Shown here: one piece after another, positions 36,495-46,131 of the stretch
Layout of the letters: every line of letters begins with the position of its first letter
How positions within the stretch are numbered: position 1 is the first letter of the stretch
Assembly (NCBI GenBank): GCA_964628855.1
Contig: CAZVMV010000006.1
Location: 4,539 to 68,538, forward strand
Origin: an uncultured Gammaproteobacteria bacterium
GTDB taxonomy: Bacteria > Patescibacteriota > Patescibacteriia > UBA10025 > JAHIVO01
Length of the DNA: 64,000 bases
Reading direction: 5' to 3'
Made by a program: the position numbers and the translations under genes
Notes under the pieces: generated by a model
What the model was told of the DNA's origin: nothing
What the model saw: only the letters and a program-made list of their open reading frames with translations
The model's database searches: none

Positions 36495-37247
36495 TCAGTC
36501 GATTAATAATAGAAGCGCCATAATGCCTACGCCAAAAAGTAGCGACAGTAATTGAAGTACTGACTTGCCTGTATGCGATTCTTTCTTCAATTCCGGAATC
36601 AGATCGGCTGAAGCGATGTAAATAAAACCGCCGATGGTCAATGGCACAATAACCGTGTGAATGGACTCCATTGAACGTCCGATGATAAGAGTTACGACAG
36701 CTCCCAAAATGGCAACGCTGGCAGATAAGAAATTATAAAATAATGCTTTCACTCTTTGCATGCCGGTATGTAATAGGATGCCAAAATCACCTATTTCTTG
36801 GGGTATTTCATGTAGAATAACGGCAATCGTAGTAGTGATTCCCAATGGCACACTGACTAGGAAGCTGCCGGCAATAATCGTACCGTCAATAAAATTATGG
36901 AAAGCGTCACCGATTAGGTTTGTCGAGGCCAGCGGATGCGGATGGTCCTCTGAGGTAGGTATATGACAATGCCGCCACCATAATATCTTTTCCAGAATGA
37001 AAAACGAAAGCATGCCAGCCAAGATAAGCAATGACATTAATGTCATGTTATAGTCCGTATCCTTGATAGCCTCCGGCAACAGATGGATAAAAGCGTCACC
37101 CAATAAACCGCCAGCCGCAAAGCTTACCAAAAATAGGAGCACCTTCCTCAAGCGATCCATGCCTATTGAAAGCGTAAATACGCCGATCAGGGAGATCAGG
37201 CTGATGACAGTAACGCTCGCTATTGTCAGGATCCATGTTTGTAGCAT
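36495..37247 (-). CDS. ZIP family divalent metal transporter (ZupT-like)
   Basis: 250 aa with 8 TM helices and motifs HNFIDG and HEIPQEIGDF. TACAAT + 6 nt + ATG suggests a leaderless mRNA. Confidence 0.85.
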   Translation of the reverse strand: MLQTWILTIASVTVISLISLIGVFTLSIGMDRLRKVLLFLVSFAAGGLLGDAFIHLLPEAIKDTDYNMTLMSLLILAGMLSFFILEKILWWRHCHIPTSEDHPHPLASTNLIGDAFHNFIDGTIIAGSFLVSVPLGITTTIAVILHEIPQEIGDFGILLHTGMQRVKALFYNFLSASVAILGAVVTLIIGRSMESIHTVIVPLTIGGFIYIASADLIPELKKESHTGKSVLQLLSLLFGVGIMALLLLID

Positions 37248-37304
37248 ATTTCTATTGTACCAAAAAAAAACTCCAAAGACTATAAAGGATTTGCTTAAAC
37301 CAGA

Positions 37305-38705
37305 CTATCTTAGATATCCCCATGTATGGAGCCGATCGCTGTCATTTGTCCAGCGTTCGCCAATATCAGTCCGATAAAAAACGTTCGGTAAAATAATATT
37401 GGCAGCACGGCTATAAGCTACTCGTCTGGCCTCCTCAACCGTAGATCCGCTACCAGCAACAACTAGCACATAGCCCGACGAACCCGCCACGCGCCAGACT
37501 CCATTCTCAATCTTTACATCCTCCAGGTGTATGCCTTCCAAATGGTGGTTTGATTTGAAGGTAATCGAGAGGTCGTGGTATGTCTGTACCAGTTCAGAAT
37601 CTGGATCCTGGGAAAAATACGTAGGTAACAATAGCCTCAAGCCGATCTGAAAACCTTTCTTGGTCCTTATTTCGTAATCCTCGCCTTTGGCCATCCGGTA
37701 CAGCCATTCACCGATAGGCATTTCCAGTCCCTCCAATTGGATTTGGATCGTTGGGTACCCAAACCGGCAGGTAAACTCAAGCGGGTAAATGCCGCGGGCA
37801 TTAACGATACAATTAATATCCACGTACCCGACATATCCTGCCGCTCGTAACGAGGTGTGCATCCTTTCCAGTGTTGCCCGAAAAAGGTTGTTCGGAGAAC
37901 TCCAGTACATGAGCGTGCCCATCTCCCCTGTAAACGGACCGAGATTGCCGGGAAAAATTCTCTTATGCTCAAAATTCACATTGATTGGGTAAAGGAAATC
38001 GTGTCCGTTGAAAAAAGCTCCGACAGCCACCTCCACCCCGGATACATATTTTTGAAGAACGAAAGTTGGCGCCCGTTTCTGCCAGGTCTGCTTGTTTGTC
38101 TCGAATAATTCCAATAAATCGCGGCCATCGTCTTCCTGCCCGATAAAAAGCAGGCTTTTCGGTGCGGTGCCGCTCGGCTTGAAAACATATCGGGACGGAT
38201 GTTGTTTAATAAAATCAATAGCGGCCTGATAATCTGTGAATTGCCACCAACGGAGAGTGTTGATGTCATGTTTTTTCAATTCGGCTTGGCCGAATTCCCT
38301 GTCATCTTCCAGTCGGTCAGTATAGGCGCTTCCCCCGATCACCAGTTTACCTGCCTTGCGTAGCGTATCAGCTTCCTCCCCAAAATGTATATCATCAAAC
38401 ACAATTACATCGGCCCAGTCTACATATGGCTTCCATTCATCCACCTTGTCGACAAAACCATTGTACACATCGGCATCCTCTTTTGATTCGACAAACACTT
38501 TCACTACATTTCCTTCCAGTTTCAGATGCCAAGCCAGATCACCATTATAACTGCGCCTTGAAACAAAAAGAAACTTTTTTGGCGGGAAATTACTAGCACT
38601 AAAAACCGGGGCTGGCGCGCGGGTGTTGCCAGAAGCTCCATTGGAGCCGTTTCCGTTTGAATGAGATGGGTGGTTTTTGCCGTTTGGTAGTTTTTCTTGG
38701 TTCAT
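37305..38705 (-). CDS. ATP-grasp protein, phosphoribosylamine-glycine ligase (PurD)-like
   Basis: 466 aa. A low-complexity N-terminus (NGNGSNGASGN) precedes a PurD-like core (FEHKRIFPGNLGPFTGEMGT, YVGYVDINCIV). Confidence 0.6.
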   Translation of the reverse strand: MNQEKLPNGKNHPSHSNGNGSNGASGNTRAPAPVFSASNFPPKKFLFVSRRSYNGDLAWHLKLEGNVVKVFVESKEDADVYNGFVDKVDEWKPYVDWADVIVFDDIHFGEEADTLRKAGKLVIGGSAYTDRLEDDREFGQAELKKHDINTLRWWQFTDYQAAIDFIKQHPSRYVFKPSGTAPKSLLFIGQEDDGRDLLELFETNKQTWQKRAPTFVLQKYVSGVEVAVGAFFNGHDFLYPINVNFEHKRIFPGNLGPFTGEMGTLMYWSSPNNLFRATLERMHTSLRAAGYVGYVDINCIVNARGIYPLEFTCRFGYPTIQIQLEGLEMPIGEWLYRMAKGEDYEIRTKKGFQIGLRLLLPTYFSQDPDSELVQTYHDLSITFKSNHHLEGIHLEDVKIENGVWRVAGSSGYVLVVAGSGSTVEEARRVAYSRAANIILPNVFYRTDIGERWTNDSDRLHTWGYLR

Positions 38706-38796
38706 ACCTGACGCTATGCGAACTACTGCTTCAATACTATATAGCAGTATGAATAATACTCCTCATGGCCATGAATGCAAGAGTGTGGAAAAGTGC

Positions 38797-38835
38797 CAGA
38801 AAACCAAAACCCCACCGGTTGAGGATGGGGCTTGG
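38797..38835 (-). terminator. putative terminator after the DUF378 gene
   Basis: On the minus strand CCAAGCCCCA-N11-TGGGGTTTTGG is followed by TTTTC. Confidence 0.45.
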
Positions 38836-38848
38836 TTTATATAAAGGG

Positions 38849-39061
38849 CTATTGTACATTCTTTGACTTGCCCGGGATGGTCACCGCCATATAGACAGCG
38901 GATAATCCGACCAGGCTGTACACGACCCGCGATAAGGCGGACATGTCACCAAAGATTGTCTTGACCAGGTCGAACTTGACGATACCGACGAGGCCCCAGT
39001 TAAGGGCACCGACGAGTACCAGGATCAAGGCGACCCAATCTATTGCATTCATCTTTTTCAT
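38849..39061 (-). CDS. DUF378 family small membrane protein
   Basis: 70 aa. IDWVALILVLVGALNWGLVG..VVYSLVGLSAVY. Confidence 0.75.
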   Translation of the reverse strand: MKKMNAIDWVALILVLVGALNWGLVGIVKFDLVKTIFGDMSALSRVVYSLVGLSAVYMAVTIPGKSKNVQ

Positions 39062-39079
39062 AGTTGTTAGTTTAGTTGA

Positions 39080-39484
39080 TTATTCTGGGATAAGTACGGA
39101 ATCAATCACGTGGATGACACCGTTATCGGCAGTAATGTCGGTTTTTATGACCTTTGCCTCACCGACCATTACTCCAGTATCCATGACGGCAATTGGTAGT
39201 GAACCGCCCTGTACTGTTTTGAGTGACTGCTGTTTAACGACATCAGCTGCAAGCATTGAACCGCTCACCACATGATAGGTCAGGACTGCGGTCAATTTAG
39301 CCTTGTCTTCAAGCAATGATTCGACAGTACCAGCAGGTAACTTGGCAAATGCCTCATCAGTCGGGGCAAATACGGTATATGGGCCTGGTCCAGATAGGGT
39401 GGACACCAGATCAGCGGCTTTGACCGCGGCCACTAGTGTCTTGAAGGTACCAGACTTCACCGCTATATCAACGATAGTAGACAT
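39080..39484 (-). CDS. fasciclin (FAS1) domain protein
   Basis: 134 aa. Motifs [22 protein letters not shown] and [11 protein letters not shown]. Confidence 0.85.
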   Translation of the reverse strand: MSTIVDIAVKSGTFKTLVAAVKAADLVSTLSGPGPYTVFAPTDEAFAKLPAGTVESLLEDKAKLTAVLTYHVVSGSMLAADVVKQQSLKTVQGGSLPIAVMDTGVMVGEAKVIKTDITADNGVIHVIDSVLIPE

Positions 39485-39524
39485 AATTGTTGTAATTTAG
39501 TTTGTTAACGTGCTACTGCAAGTC

Positions 39525-39553
39525 TTGCGTGATTTCAGGATACCTGGTAACAT
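39525..39553 (+). promoter_or_regulatory. promoter TTGCGT-17-TAACAT; the ATG lies 7 nt after the -10 (leaderless)
   Basis: TTGCGT at 39525..39530, TAACAT at 39548..39553, ATG at 39560. Confidence 0.45.
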
Positions 39554-39559
39554 AAAAAC

Positions 39560-40414
39560 ATGCAAAACGTGCATTTGAGCCCTCCAGAACTAGCTCCCCT
39601 TTTCGGGGTCAATGTCTCCACCATCAAAAGATGGGTGGATAAAGGTTTTATTCAATCCGTTAAAACTTCTGGTGGCCACCGGAGGATTTCACGGGAACAA
39701 CTGGCGGCCTTTGTCCAGCGGTACCCGAAATACGTGCACAACTCATACGTCCTGTCCCGGCTGCTGAAAAACAAGCAGACCAAGCTGAAGGATTGGCAAA
39801 AATATTACCGCCACCTCCACCAGAACGAAGTCCGGCAGGCAGAACAGCAAGTCCAGCAACTATACCTGTCTAACGTGCCGATCACTACAATTTTGGACGA
39901 TTTGATCGCCCCTGCCCTGCGTCATATTGGCGACGAATGGTTTGCCGGACGAGTTTCAGTTTTTGAGGAACATCGGATGAGTTTTATTGTCAGGGTTCAG
40001 CTGCTTAAATTGGACCAGCTCATACCCGACCGGACCAGTGTCCGATCTCCACTTGCTATCCTAGCTTGTGCTGCTGGCGACCACCATGAACTCCCTTTAT
40101 TGATGGTTGGATTAATTTTGAAAAAAAATGGCTGGCGTACGACAAATTTAGGCATCAATATCTCATCTTCTGAAATGGATAAAGCCTGCCGCCTCCTCAA
40201 ACCACAATTGGTTTGTCTGACAAAAACTTATAGCCAGGGCCAGAATGCCTCAACCTACCTGACTTATCTACAGCCAACGATAAAAAAAATCAAAGCCCGT
40301 TTAGTAATAGGCGGGAATGGCTGGCCTTTAACATTGCAGAATAAACCAAAAACCGCTTGGTACCGACAGGTCTCCGATTTGAAGGAATTGAATGATTTTC
40401 TGAAAAAAATTTAA
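39560..40414 (+). CDS. CarH/LitR-like regulator: excisionase/MerR-type HTH + B12-binding domain
   Basis: 284 aa. HTH LSPPELAPLFGVNVSTIKRWVDKGF..GGHRRISREQL. Helical-bundle W-x9-EH motif (WFAGRVSVFEEH). Rossmann B12 domain with a GDHHELP (DxH), CLT, VIGGNG pattern. Confidence 0.65.
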   Translation: MQNVHLSPPELAPLFGVNVSTIKRWVDKGFIQSVKTSGGHRRISREQLAAFVQRYPKYVHNSYVLSRLLKNKQTKLKDWQKYYRHLHQNEVRQAEQQVQQLYLSNVPITTILDDLIAPALRHIGDEWFAGRVSVFEEHRMSFIVRVQLLKLDQLIPDRTSVRSPLAILACAAGDHHELPLLMVGLILKKNGWRTTNLGINISSSEMDKACRLLKPQLVCLTKTYSQGQNASTYLTYLQPTIKKIKARLVIGGNGWPLTLQNKPKTAWYRQVSDLKELNDFLKKI

Positions 40415-42153
40415 ACGCTTCCCACCTGCTCCCTCCACATTGCGGCGTACAGACCGCCTTTCTTAAGCAACTCATTGTGCGTCCCCTGTTCAATCAACCG
40501 TCCGTGCTCCAAGACGTAAATCCGATCCGCATGGGACACAGTAGACAAACGGTGCGCGATACTGATGCGCATGAGATCAGATTGCTGGCGTTCAATATCC
40601 CTGATGGTGTCGGTGATCGCCTTTTCAGTTATGGAATCAAGACTGGAAGTGGCTTCATCAAAAATCAGCAGTTCTGGCTTCCGCAATAAAGCCCGGGCGA
40701 TAGCCAGGCGTTGGCGTTCACCACCGGACAATTTGATGCCTCCTTCGCCGATGCGCGTACCCAAACCCCCGCCTGCACGGTCGAGTATTGACTCTGCCGA
40801 AGCGGAGCGCAGAACCGCCAGGCACTCCTCGTCAGAGGCATGCGGGTTTACGAACAATAAATTTTCCCTGATCGTGCCGGCAAACAGCTGGGTTTCTTGG
40901 GCTACCAAACCAATGCGTCTACGGAAATCCGAAAAATCAATCTCTCCGCTGTCTATGCCGTTAAAAAATATTTTTCCGTTTGTCGGACGGTACAGGCCAC
41001 CGAGAAGTTTCACCAGCGTGGATTTCCCTGATCCTGACGGGCCGACCAAAGCAATCGTTTCACCGGCATGGGCTTCGAGTGAAATATTTTCGACCGCGCG
41101 AATATGGCTGGATTGGTATTGGAATTTAACGGCATCGAATTTCACCGAGTGCAGTCGACCAAGGCTTTTCGGTTGGACCGGTTTTTGCTCCGGTGGGGCG
41201 GAAAACACTTCAGCCAATTTCTCCAAACTTGCCCGCGCTTCCTGGTAATTCGTGGCGACCGTGCCTAATTCCGCGAGTGGGGAAAAAATAAAAAATGAAT
41301 ACACGAAAATGCTGAAAAACTGGCCCATTGTTATCAAGCCTTGGGAAATGAGCCACAGCATCAGGAAAAGAAGTAATGATCGGATGGTATTTATCGCCGT
41401 TCCTTGGATAAAACTGATCTTACGTATCATGACGACCTTTTTCAGTTCAAGCTCCAAAATTTTGTCATTCACTGCATTCAACCGGCCGATCTCCTGTGAT
41501 TCCAGCCCTAAGCTTTTCACCAATTCCACATTGCGTATCGTCTCTGTAGTCGATCCGGCCATAGAGGCAGACTCGGTTACTATCTTCTTTTGGGCTGCCT
41601 TAATCCTGCGGCTGGAAAAAAAAGTTATTGACCCCAGTATCGGAATCATTAAAAAATATGTAAGGCCGATTGACCAATGGACCGTTGTGGCATAAATCAG
41701 GACAAATATTATGCCGATTAGGGAAAAAAATACAATATTCACCATACTCGTAATCAAAGCCTGGGAATCATCACGGGCTTTCTGCATCTTGCGCAACAAC
41801 TCCCCTGACCGCTGGTCCTCAAAAACCATATACGGTAGTGAAAAAGAATGCTGGACACTGTCGGAATACAATTTCGTCCCCAACCGTTGGGTAATGACAT
41901 TAACGTAATAATCCTGAAAATTTTTCGCTATCCGGGAAATCATTGCAACCGTCACCGAGGCTAACAGCAATAACAAAACACCGCGAATAAATCCGCTATG
42001 CGTGTACTCATGGTACCGGCTGGCGTACTTATCGACGATGATCCGGAAAATCTGGGGGTCAAGTAGTGAAAAGACCTGGTTCACCGTCGCCAGAGCCAAC
42101 GCCCCGATAAGAATTTTTTTGTACCGCCTGAGGTACGTCCAAAGCAATTTCAT
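40411..42153 (-). CDS. ABC exporter, fused permease/ATPase (MsbA-like)
   Basis: 580 aa. A 6-TM domain plus an NBD (GPSGSGKST, LSGGERQR, LLIFDEATSSLD). Confidence 0.88.
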   Translation of the reverse strand: MKLLWTYLRRYKKILIGALALATVNQVFSLLDPQIFRIIVDKYASRYHEYTHSGFIRGVLLLLLASVTVAMISRIAKNFQDYYVNVITQRLGTKLYSDSVQHSFSLPYMVFEDQRSGELLRKMQKARDDSQALITSMVNIVFFSLIGIIFVLIYATTVHWSIGLTYFLMIPILGSITFFSSRRIKAAQKKIVTESASMAGSTTETIRNVELVKSLGLESQEIGRLNAVNDKILELELKKVVMIRKISFIQGTAINTIRSLLLFLMLWLISQGLITMGQFFSIFVYSFFIFSPLAELGTVATNYQEARASLEKLAEVFSAPPEQKPVQPKSLGRLHSVKFDAVKFQYQSSHIRAVENISLEAHAGETIALVGPSGSGKSTLVKLLGGLYRPTNGKIFFNGIDSGEIDFSDFRRRIGLVAQETQLFAGTIRENLLFVNPHASDEECLAVLRSASAESILDRAGGGLGTRIGEGGIKLSGGERQRLAIARALLRKPELLIFDEATSSLDSITEKAITDTIRDIERQQSDLMRISIAHRLSTVSHADRIYVLEHGRLIEQGTHNELLKKGGLYAAMWREQVGSV

Positions 42154-42230
42154 ATTTAAAGAAATTTAAATAATATAAAGTGCGGACAGTATACATTTAA
42201 CTGTCCCCTATGTCAATTTCCAGATGCCGA

Positions 42231-44030
42231 CTACTCTTCAACTTCCATCGCGCCATTACCAGCCCGCTTCCTTTCGTTGACGGTCAGATATTTTTTCCTT
42301 AATCTTACGCTTTTGGGGGTGACTTCCAAATATTCATCTTCAGCCATTATTTCCAGACCGCGTTCAATTGACAACTCCAAAGGTGGCGCCAGCTGGATGG
42401 CGTCATCAGAACCGGAGGCGCGCATGTTTGTCAGGCGCTTTCCCTTGATCGGGTTCACTGCAATATCAATTCCTTTTGAAGTATTGCCGATTACCATCCC
42501 TTCATACACCTCTGTAGCTGGGGCAATGTACAGAGTTCCGCGCTGTTGCAGATTGTCCAGCGAATACCCGAGCGCCTTGCCAGTTGCCATGGAAACCATG
42601 GATCCTACGTCCCGCTTTTTAATTTCCCCCACTACCGGCCGGTAACCGATAAACCGCGAACATAATATGCCTTCACCTTTTGTATCGACGATAAACTCGC
42701 TCCGATAACCCAGGAGGCCTCTGGTCGGTATTTCAAAAATCATACGGATGACACCGCCACCATGTTCCATGTGCGTCATAATCCCTTTGCGTTTGCCCAT
42801 TTTTTCAATCACTATTCCAGACGATACTTCAGGCACGTCTATCGTCGCCTCTTCAAATGGCTCCATCTTTTTCCCATCAATATCTTTAATTATTACCTGG
42901 GGTTGCGAAACCTGTACCTCGTAGCCTTCGCGTCGCATATTCTCAATTAGAATTGCCACGTGCAATTCCCCACGGCCATATACCTTGTACGAATCCGGTA
43001 AAAAATCTATTTTCAAGCCTACATTGACTTCCAGTTCCTTTTCCAGACGCTCTTTCAGCTGTCGATTTGTGACAAACTTGCCTTCACGGCCTGCGAACGG
43101 GGAGTTATTCACTAAAAAATTCAATGAAATAGTCGGCTCATCGACCAAGATGGCTGGCAGCGCCTCCTGGTTCTCGCGCTCACACAATGTTTCGCCAATA
43201 TCAATTTCCGGGAAACCAGCAATCATCACAATGTCACCGGCATCAGCCTGCTCCGATTCAATCCGCTGCATACCTTTGAATGTGAAAAGTTTCGTAATCT
43301 TGCCAGACTGTACGACGGCATTAGATTTTTTTAATACCAATGTACTGCCCAATTTCACCGTGCTCTCATAAACACGACCGATGGCTAAGCGACCGAGGTA
43401 ATTATCATAACCCAAATTAAACGGCTGGAATCTGAATGGCGCAGATGTATCAGCTGGCGCCGGATGAACTTTCAATAAAATAGTATCCAGAAGCGGAGTC
43501 AAATCTTTTGATTCGTCTGTCAGGTTCATTTTTGCGATCCCATCCCGGCCGATGGCATACACCACAGTAAAATCCAATTGTTCGTCGGTAGCACCGAGGT
43601 CCATGAATAATTCGTATACCTCTTCCTGCGCCAGATCAGGGTCAGCGGCAGGCTTGTCAATTTTATTGATGACGACAATCGGCTTCAGTCCAAGCTCTAA
43701 GGATTTTTTCAAAACGAAACGTGTCTGTGGCATCGGGCCCTCCTGTGCATCCACCACCAACAAAACACTGTCGATCGAACGCAACACGCGCTCCACTTCT
43801 GAGCCAAAATCCGCATGGCCAGGCGTATCGACAATATTAATCTTCGTGCCACGGTAAAACACCGAGGCATTTTTCGAATAAATGGTGATCCCGCGCTCTT
43901 TTTCCAAAGCGTTTGAATCCATACTGGCGTTCTCATCGGTAACCATGCCGGTCTGCCGCATTATTGCGTCAGTCAGCAACGTCTTGCCATGGTCAACATG
44001 CGCGATAATAGCAATATTCCTTATTTCCAT
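42231..44030 (-). CDS. typA: translational GTPase TypA/BipA
   Basis: Motifs AHVDHGKTLL, DTPGHADF and NKID. Start trimmed to ATG 44030 (MEIRNIAI). Confidence 0.93.
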   Translation of the reverse strand: MEIRNIAIIAHVDHGKTLLTDAIMRQTGMVTDENASMDSNALEKERGITIYSKNASVFYRGTKINIVDTPGHADFGSEVERVLRSIDSVLLVVDAQEGPMPQTRFVLKKSLELGLKPIVVINKIDKPAADPDLAQEEVYELFMDLGATDEQLDFTVVYAIGRDGIAKMNLTDESKDLTPLLDTILLKVHPAPADTSAPFRFQPFNLGYDNYLGRLAIGRVYESTVKLGSTLVLKKSNAVVQSGKITKLFTFKGMQRIESEQADAGDIVMIAGFPEIDIGETLCERENQEALPAILVDEPTISLNFLVNNSPFAGREGKFVTNRQLKERLEKELEVNVGLKIDFLPDSYKVYGRGELHVAILIENMRREGYEVQVSQPQVIIKDIDGKKMEPFEEATIDVPEVSSGIVIEKMGKRKGIMTHMEHGGGVIRMIFEIPTRGLLGYRSEFIVDTKGEGILCSRFIGYRPVVGEIKKRDVGSMVSMATGKALGYSLDNLQQRGTLYIAPATEVYEGMVIGNTSKGIDIAVNPIKGKRLTNMRASGSDDAIQLAPPLELSIERGLEIMAEDEYLEVTPKSVRLRKKYLTVNERKRAGNGAMEVEE

Positions 44031-44040
44031 AATATAAAAA

Positions 44041-45297
44041 TTATCGGTAACGTCGAGTCGGGCGGCCAAGATGTGTCCGCGACCCGTATCTTCCCTGCCG
44101 TGGGGCAAACGGCCGCCTATTACCACTCCGGAAAGTCTGATCTGAAACATGGCGCGGCTCTTGCCTGGCGGGCGGCAAACTCGGCAAAGGCTTTACCGGC
44201 AAGGTGGTCCGTATCAACCTCTCTATACTCCTGACGTCCTGACGCTCGTCAAACATGGCGAACGAGACGGCTCGGCCGGTCCGGCCGGCACGTGCTGTCC
44301 GGCCGATACGATGGACATAATCTTCCGCTTGTGACGGCAGATCAAAATTAACAACCAGCTCAATGCCTGTGACGTCAATGCCCCTGGCCGCAATGTCAGT
44401 TGCAATCAACACCCGGTACTTGCCGGATTTGAAACCTTCCAGTGCATCACGGCGCTGGGCTAGGCTGCGGTTTGAGTGAATCTCGGCAGCATGATGTCCC
44501 ATAGCCCTGACCCTGTGCGCTAAACGTTTAGCACCGAACTTGGTCCGCGTAAAAACCAGGACTGGCCCGTGACACTGCTGCAACAACAATTCCAATAATC
44601 TGGGTTTATCTTCCTTGGCAATGAAAAAAAGCTCCTGTGAAACCTGGTCCACGGTCGTCCCTGACTGGGCGATTTCCACGCTGATCGGCAATTTCATGTG
44701 TCGCTGGGCGATGGCCACGATCTCTTTCGGCATGGTTGCAGAAAAAAGCATAGTTTGCCGGTCACGCGGAACGGCGGCCAGTATTTTATTTATTTGCGGC
44801 GCAAAACCCATGTCCAACATGCGATCTGCCTCATCAAGTACTAGCACACGCACCTCATTTAATCGGACAGACTTCTGTTCCATATGGTCAAGTAGTCGGC
44901 CTGGCGTGGCGATTATGACGTGCGGCCTCTTCCGCATATTTTGTTGCTGGATAAGCATTGATGCTCCGCCGATTAGGACTGCAGTGCGTAGGCCGAATGA
45001 ACGGCCGAGTTCAGCCAAAGATTCATCCACCTGGATGGCCAGTTCACGCGTCGGCAAGAGGATAAGCCCAGTGCCGTTCACCTGCGCCAAACGCTGTAAC
45101 ATCGGGATGCCGAATGCCAAGGTCTTGCCAGTGCCAGTCTGGGCAATACCGATCAGGTCATTGCCTTCGATGGCCACTGGGATTGATTTTTCCTGAATGG
45201 GTGTAGGTTGGACAAATTTCAGTCGCTCAAGGACTTCTAAAAGACGCGGCGCTATGCCTAAACCGTAAAATCCATTGGTTATTTTGTTGATTTCCAT
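44041..45297 (-). CDS. DEAD-box ATP-dependent RNA helicase
   Basis: 418 aa. Motifs AQTGTGKT, PTRELA, DEAD, SAT and HRIGRTARAG, with an Arg-rich tail. Confidence 0.92.
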   Translation of the reverse strand: MEINKITNGFYGLGIAPRLLEVLERLKFVQPTPIQEKSIPVAIEGNDLIGIAQTGTGKTLAFGIPMLQRLAQVNGTGLILLPTRELAIQVDESLAELGRSFGLRTAVLIGGASMLIQQQNMRKRPHVIIATPGRLLDHMEQKSVRLNEVRVLVLDEADRMLDMGFAPQINKILAAVPRDRQTMLFSATMPKEIVAIAQRHMKLPISVEIAQSGTTVDQVSQELFFIAKEDKPRLLELLLQQCHGPVLVFTRTKFGAKRLAHRVRAMGHHAAEIHSNRSLAQRRDALEGFKSGKYRVLIATDIAARGIDVTGIELVVNFDLPSQAEDYVHRIGRTARAGRTGRAVSFAMFDERQDVRSIERLIRTTLPVKPLPSLPPARQEPRHVSDQTFRSGNRRPFAPRQGRYGSRTHLGRPTRRYR

Positions 45298-45362
45298 AAA
45301 ATAAAAATCCTGCGTGAGGATTTGCTAAAGTGCGGGAAGTATAGGACTTTATTGGCAGTTTG

Positions 45363-45833
45363 TCAAGCGTTTAGCACTCGAATATCAAACTTCTCCATAT
45401 TCTTCCCTTCGTCCGAAAAATAAAATTCACCTTCTAGCTTTTCGCCTTTAAGCGCTTTAGGAAGCCAATACCGGTCATCCACCCACATCTGGTCATACGG
45501 AATAGCGTTGATCGGGAACCAGCGGGGCTTCATTTCATCGGTCTCTGCCGGCTCGCCCTGCCATTTCCGCAAGAAATAGATATACATTGACTGCGCCCAT
45601 TCAGGGCGTGGTTTGAAATAAAATTTCAACAATCCGATGTACTTCAAATCCTCCACTCGAGCTGTAACGCGCGCCTCCTCTTCCAACTCCCGCAGTGTTG
45701 CCTGTTCAATAGTTTCCCCTTCGTGGACCTTGCCGCCCAGGCCATTCAATCGCCCAGCGCCAAAACCACGCTTTTTCACGGCGAGGCAGATAGTGTTGGC
45801 CCGTATGAGCAGACAGAGAGTAGTCTTAATCAT
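45363..45833 (-). CDS. NUDIX hydrolase (MutT/NUDT1-like)
   Basis: 156 aa with Nudix box GGKVHEGETIEQATLRELEEEARV. Confidence 0.85.
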   Translation of the reverse strand: MIKTTLCLLIRANTICLAVKKRGFGAGRLNGLGGKVHEGETIEQATLRELEEEARVTARVEDLKYIGLLKFYFKPRPEWAQSMYIYFLRKWQGEPAETDEMKPRWFPINAIPYDQMWVDDRYWLPKALKGEKLEGEFYFSDEGKNMEKFDIRVLNA

Positions 45834-45843
45834 GCTAAAAAGC

Positions 45844-46131
45844 TTACGGCTGGACTGTAGGCTGGGTCCGGGCTTTACGCCTAGCCCACCATTGGTGAAG
45901 ATACATGTACAGCCCAGTAATCACCATCAAAGCCAAAATCACGGAAAAATACGTGCTGATCTTATTATGAACAAACCTCAATTGGCCGGCATTTAGTTTT
46001 GGGAATTTTTCTAGAAAAAATGCTGGGTAGCGCATCACCACGCCCGTGCCTGCCATGACCAGCATCAATGCGGTGATGATCAAAACTAACAGCCGGTGAA
46101 TTTTTCTGGCAATAAGAAATAATTTAGTCAT
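45844..46131 (-). CDS. small two-TM membrane protein (PepSY-TM-like helix)
   Basis: Starts MTKLFLIARKIHRLLVLII at ATG 46131. It overlaps the cytochrome-b5 gene stop by 8 nt. Confidence 0.5.
   Translation of the reverse strand: MTKLFLIARKIHRLLVLIITALMLVMAGTGVVMRYPAFFLEKFPKLNAGQLRFVHNKISTYFSVILALMVITGLYMYLHQWWARRKARTQPTVQP

Noticed and set aside
44031-44150. 40-aa N-terminal extension of TypA. Similar extensions exist for SOD (27912..27986) and the FMN reductase (48173..48229).
   Set aside because: The extensions overlap the upstream genes and lack homology. The conserved N-termini begin at the internal ATGs.
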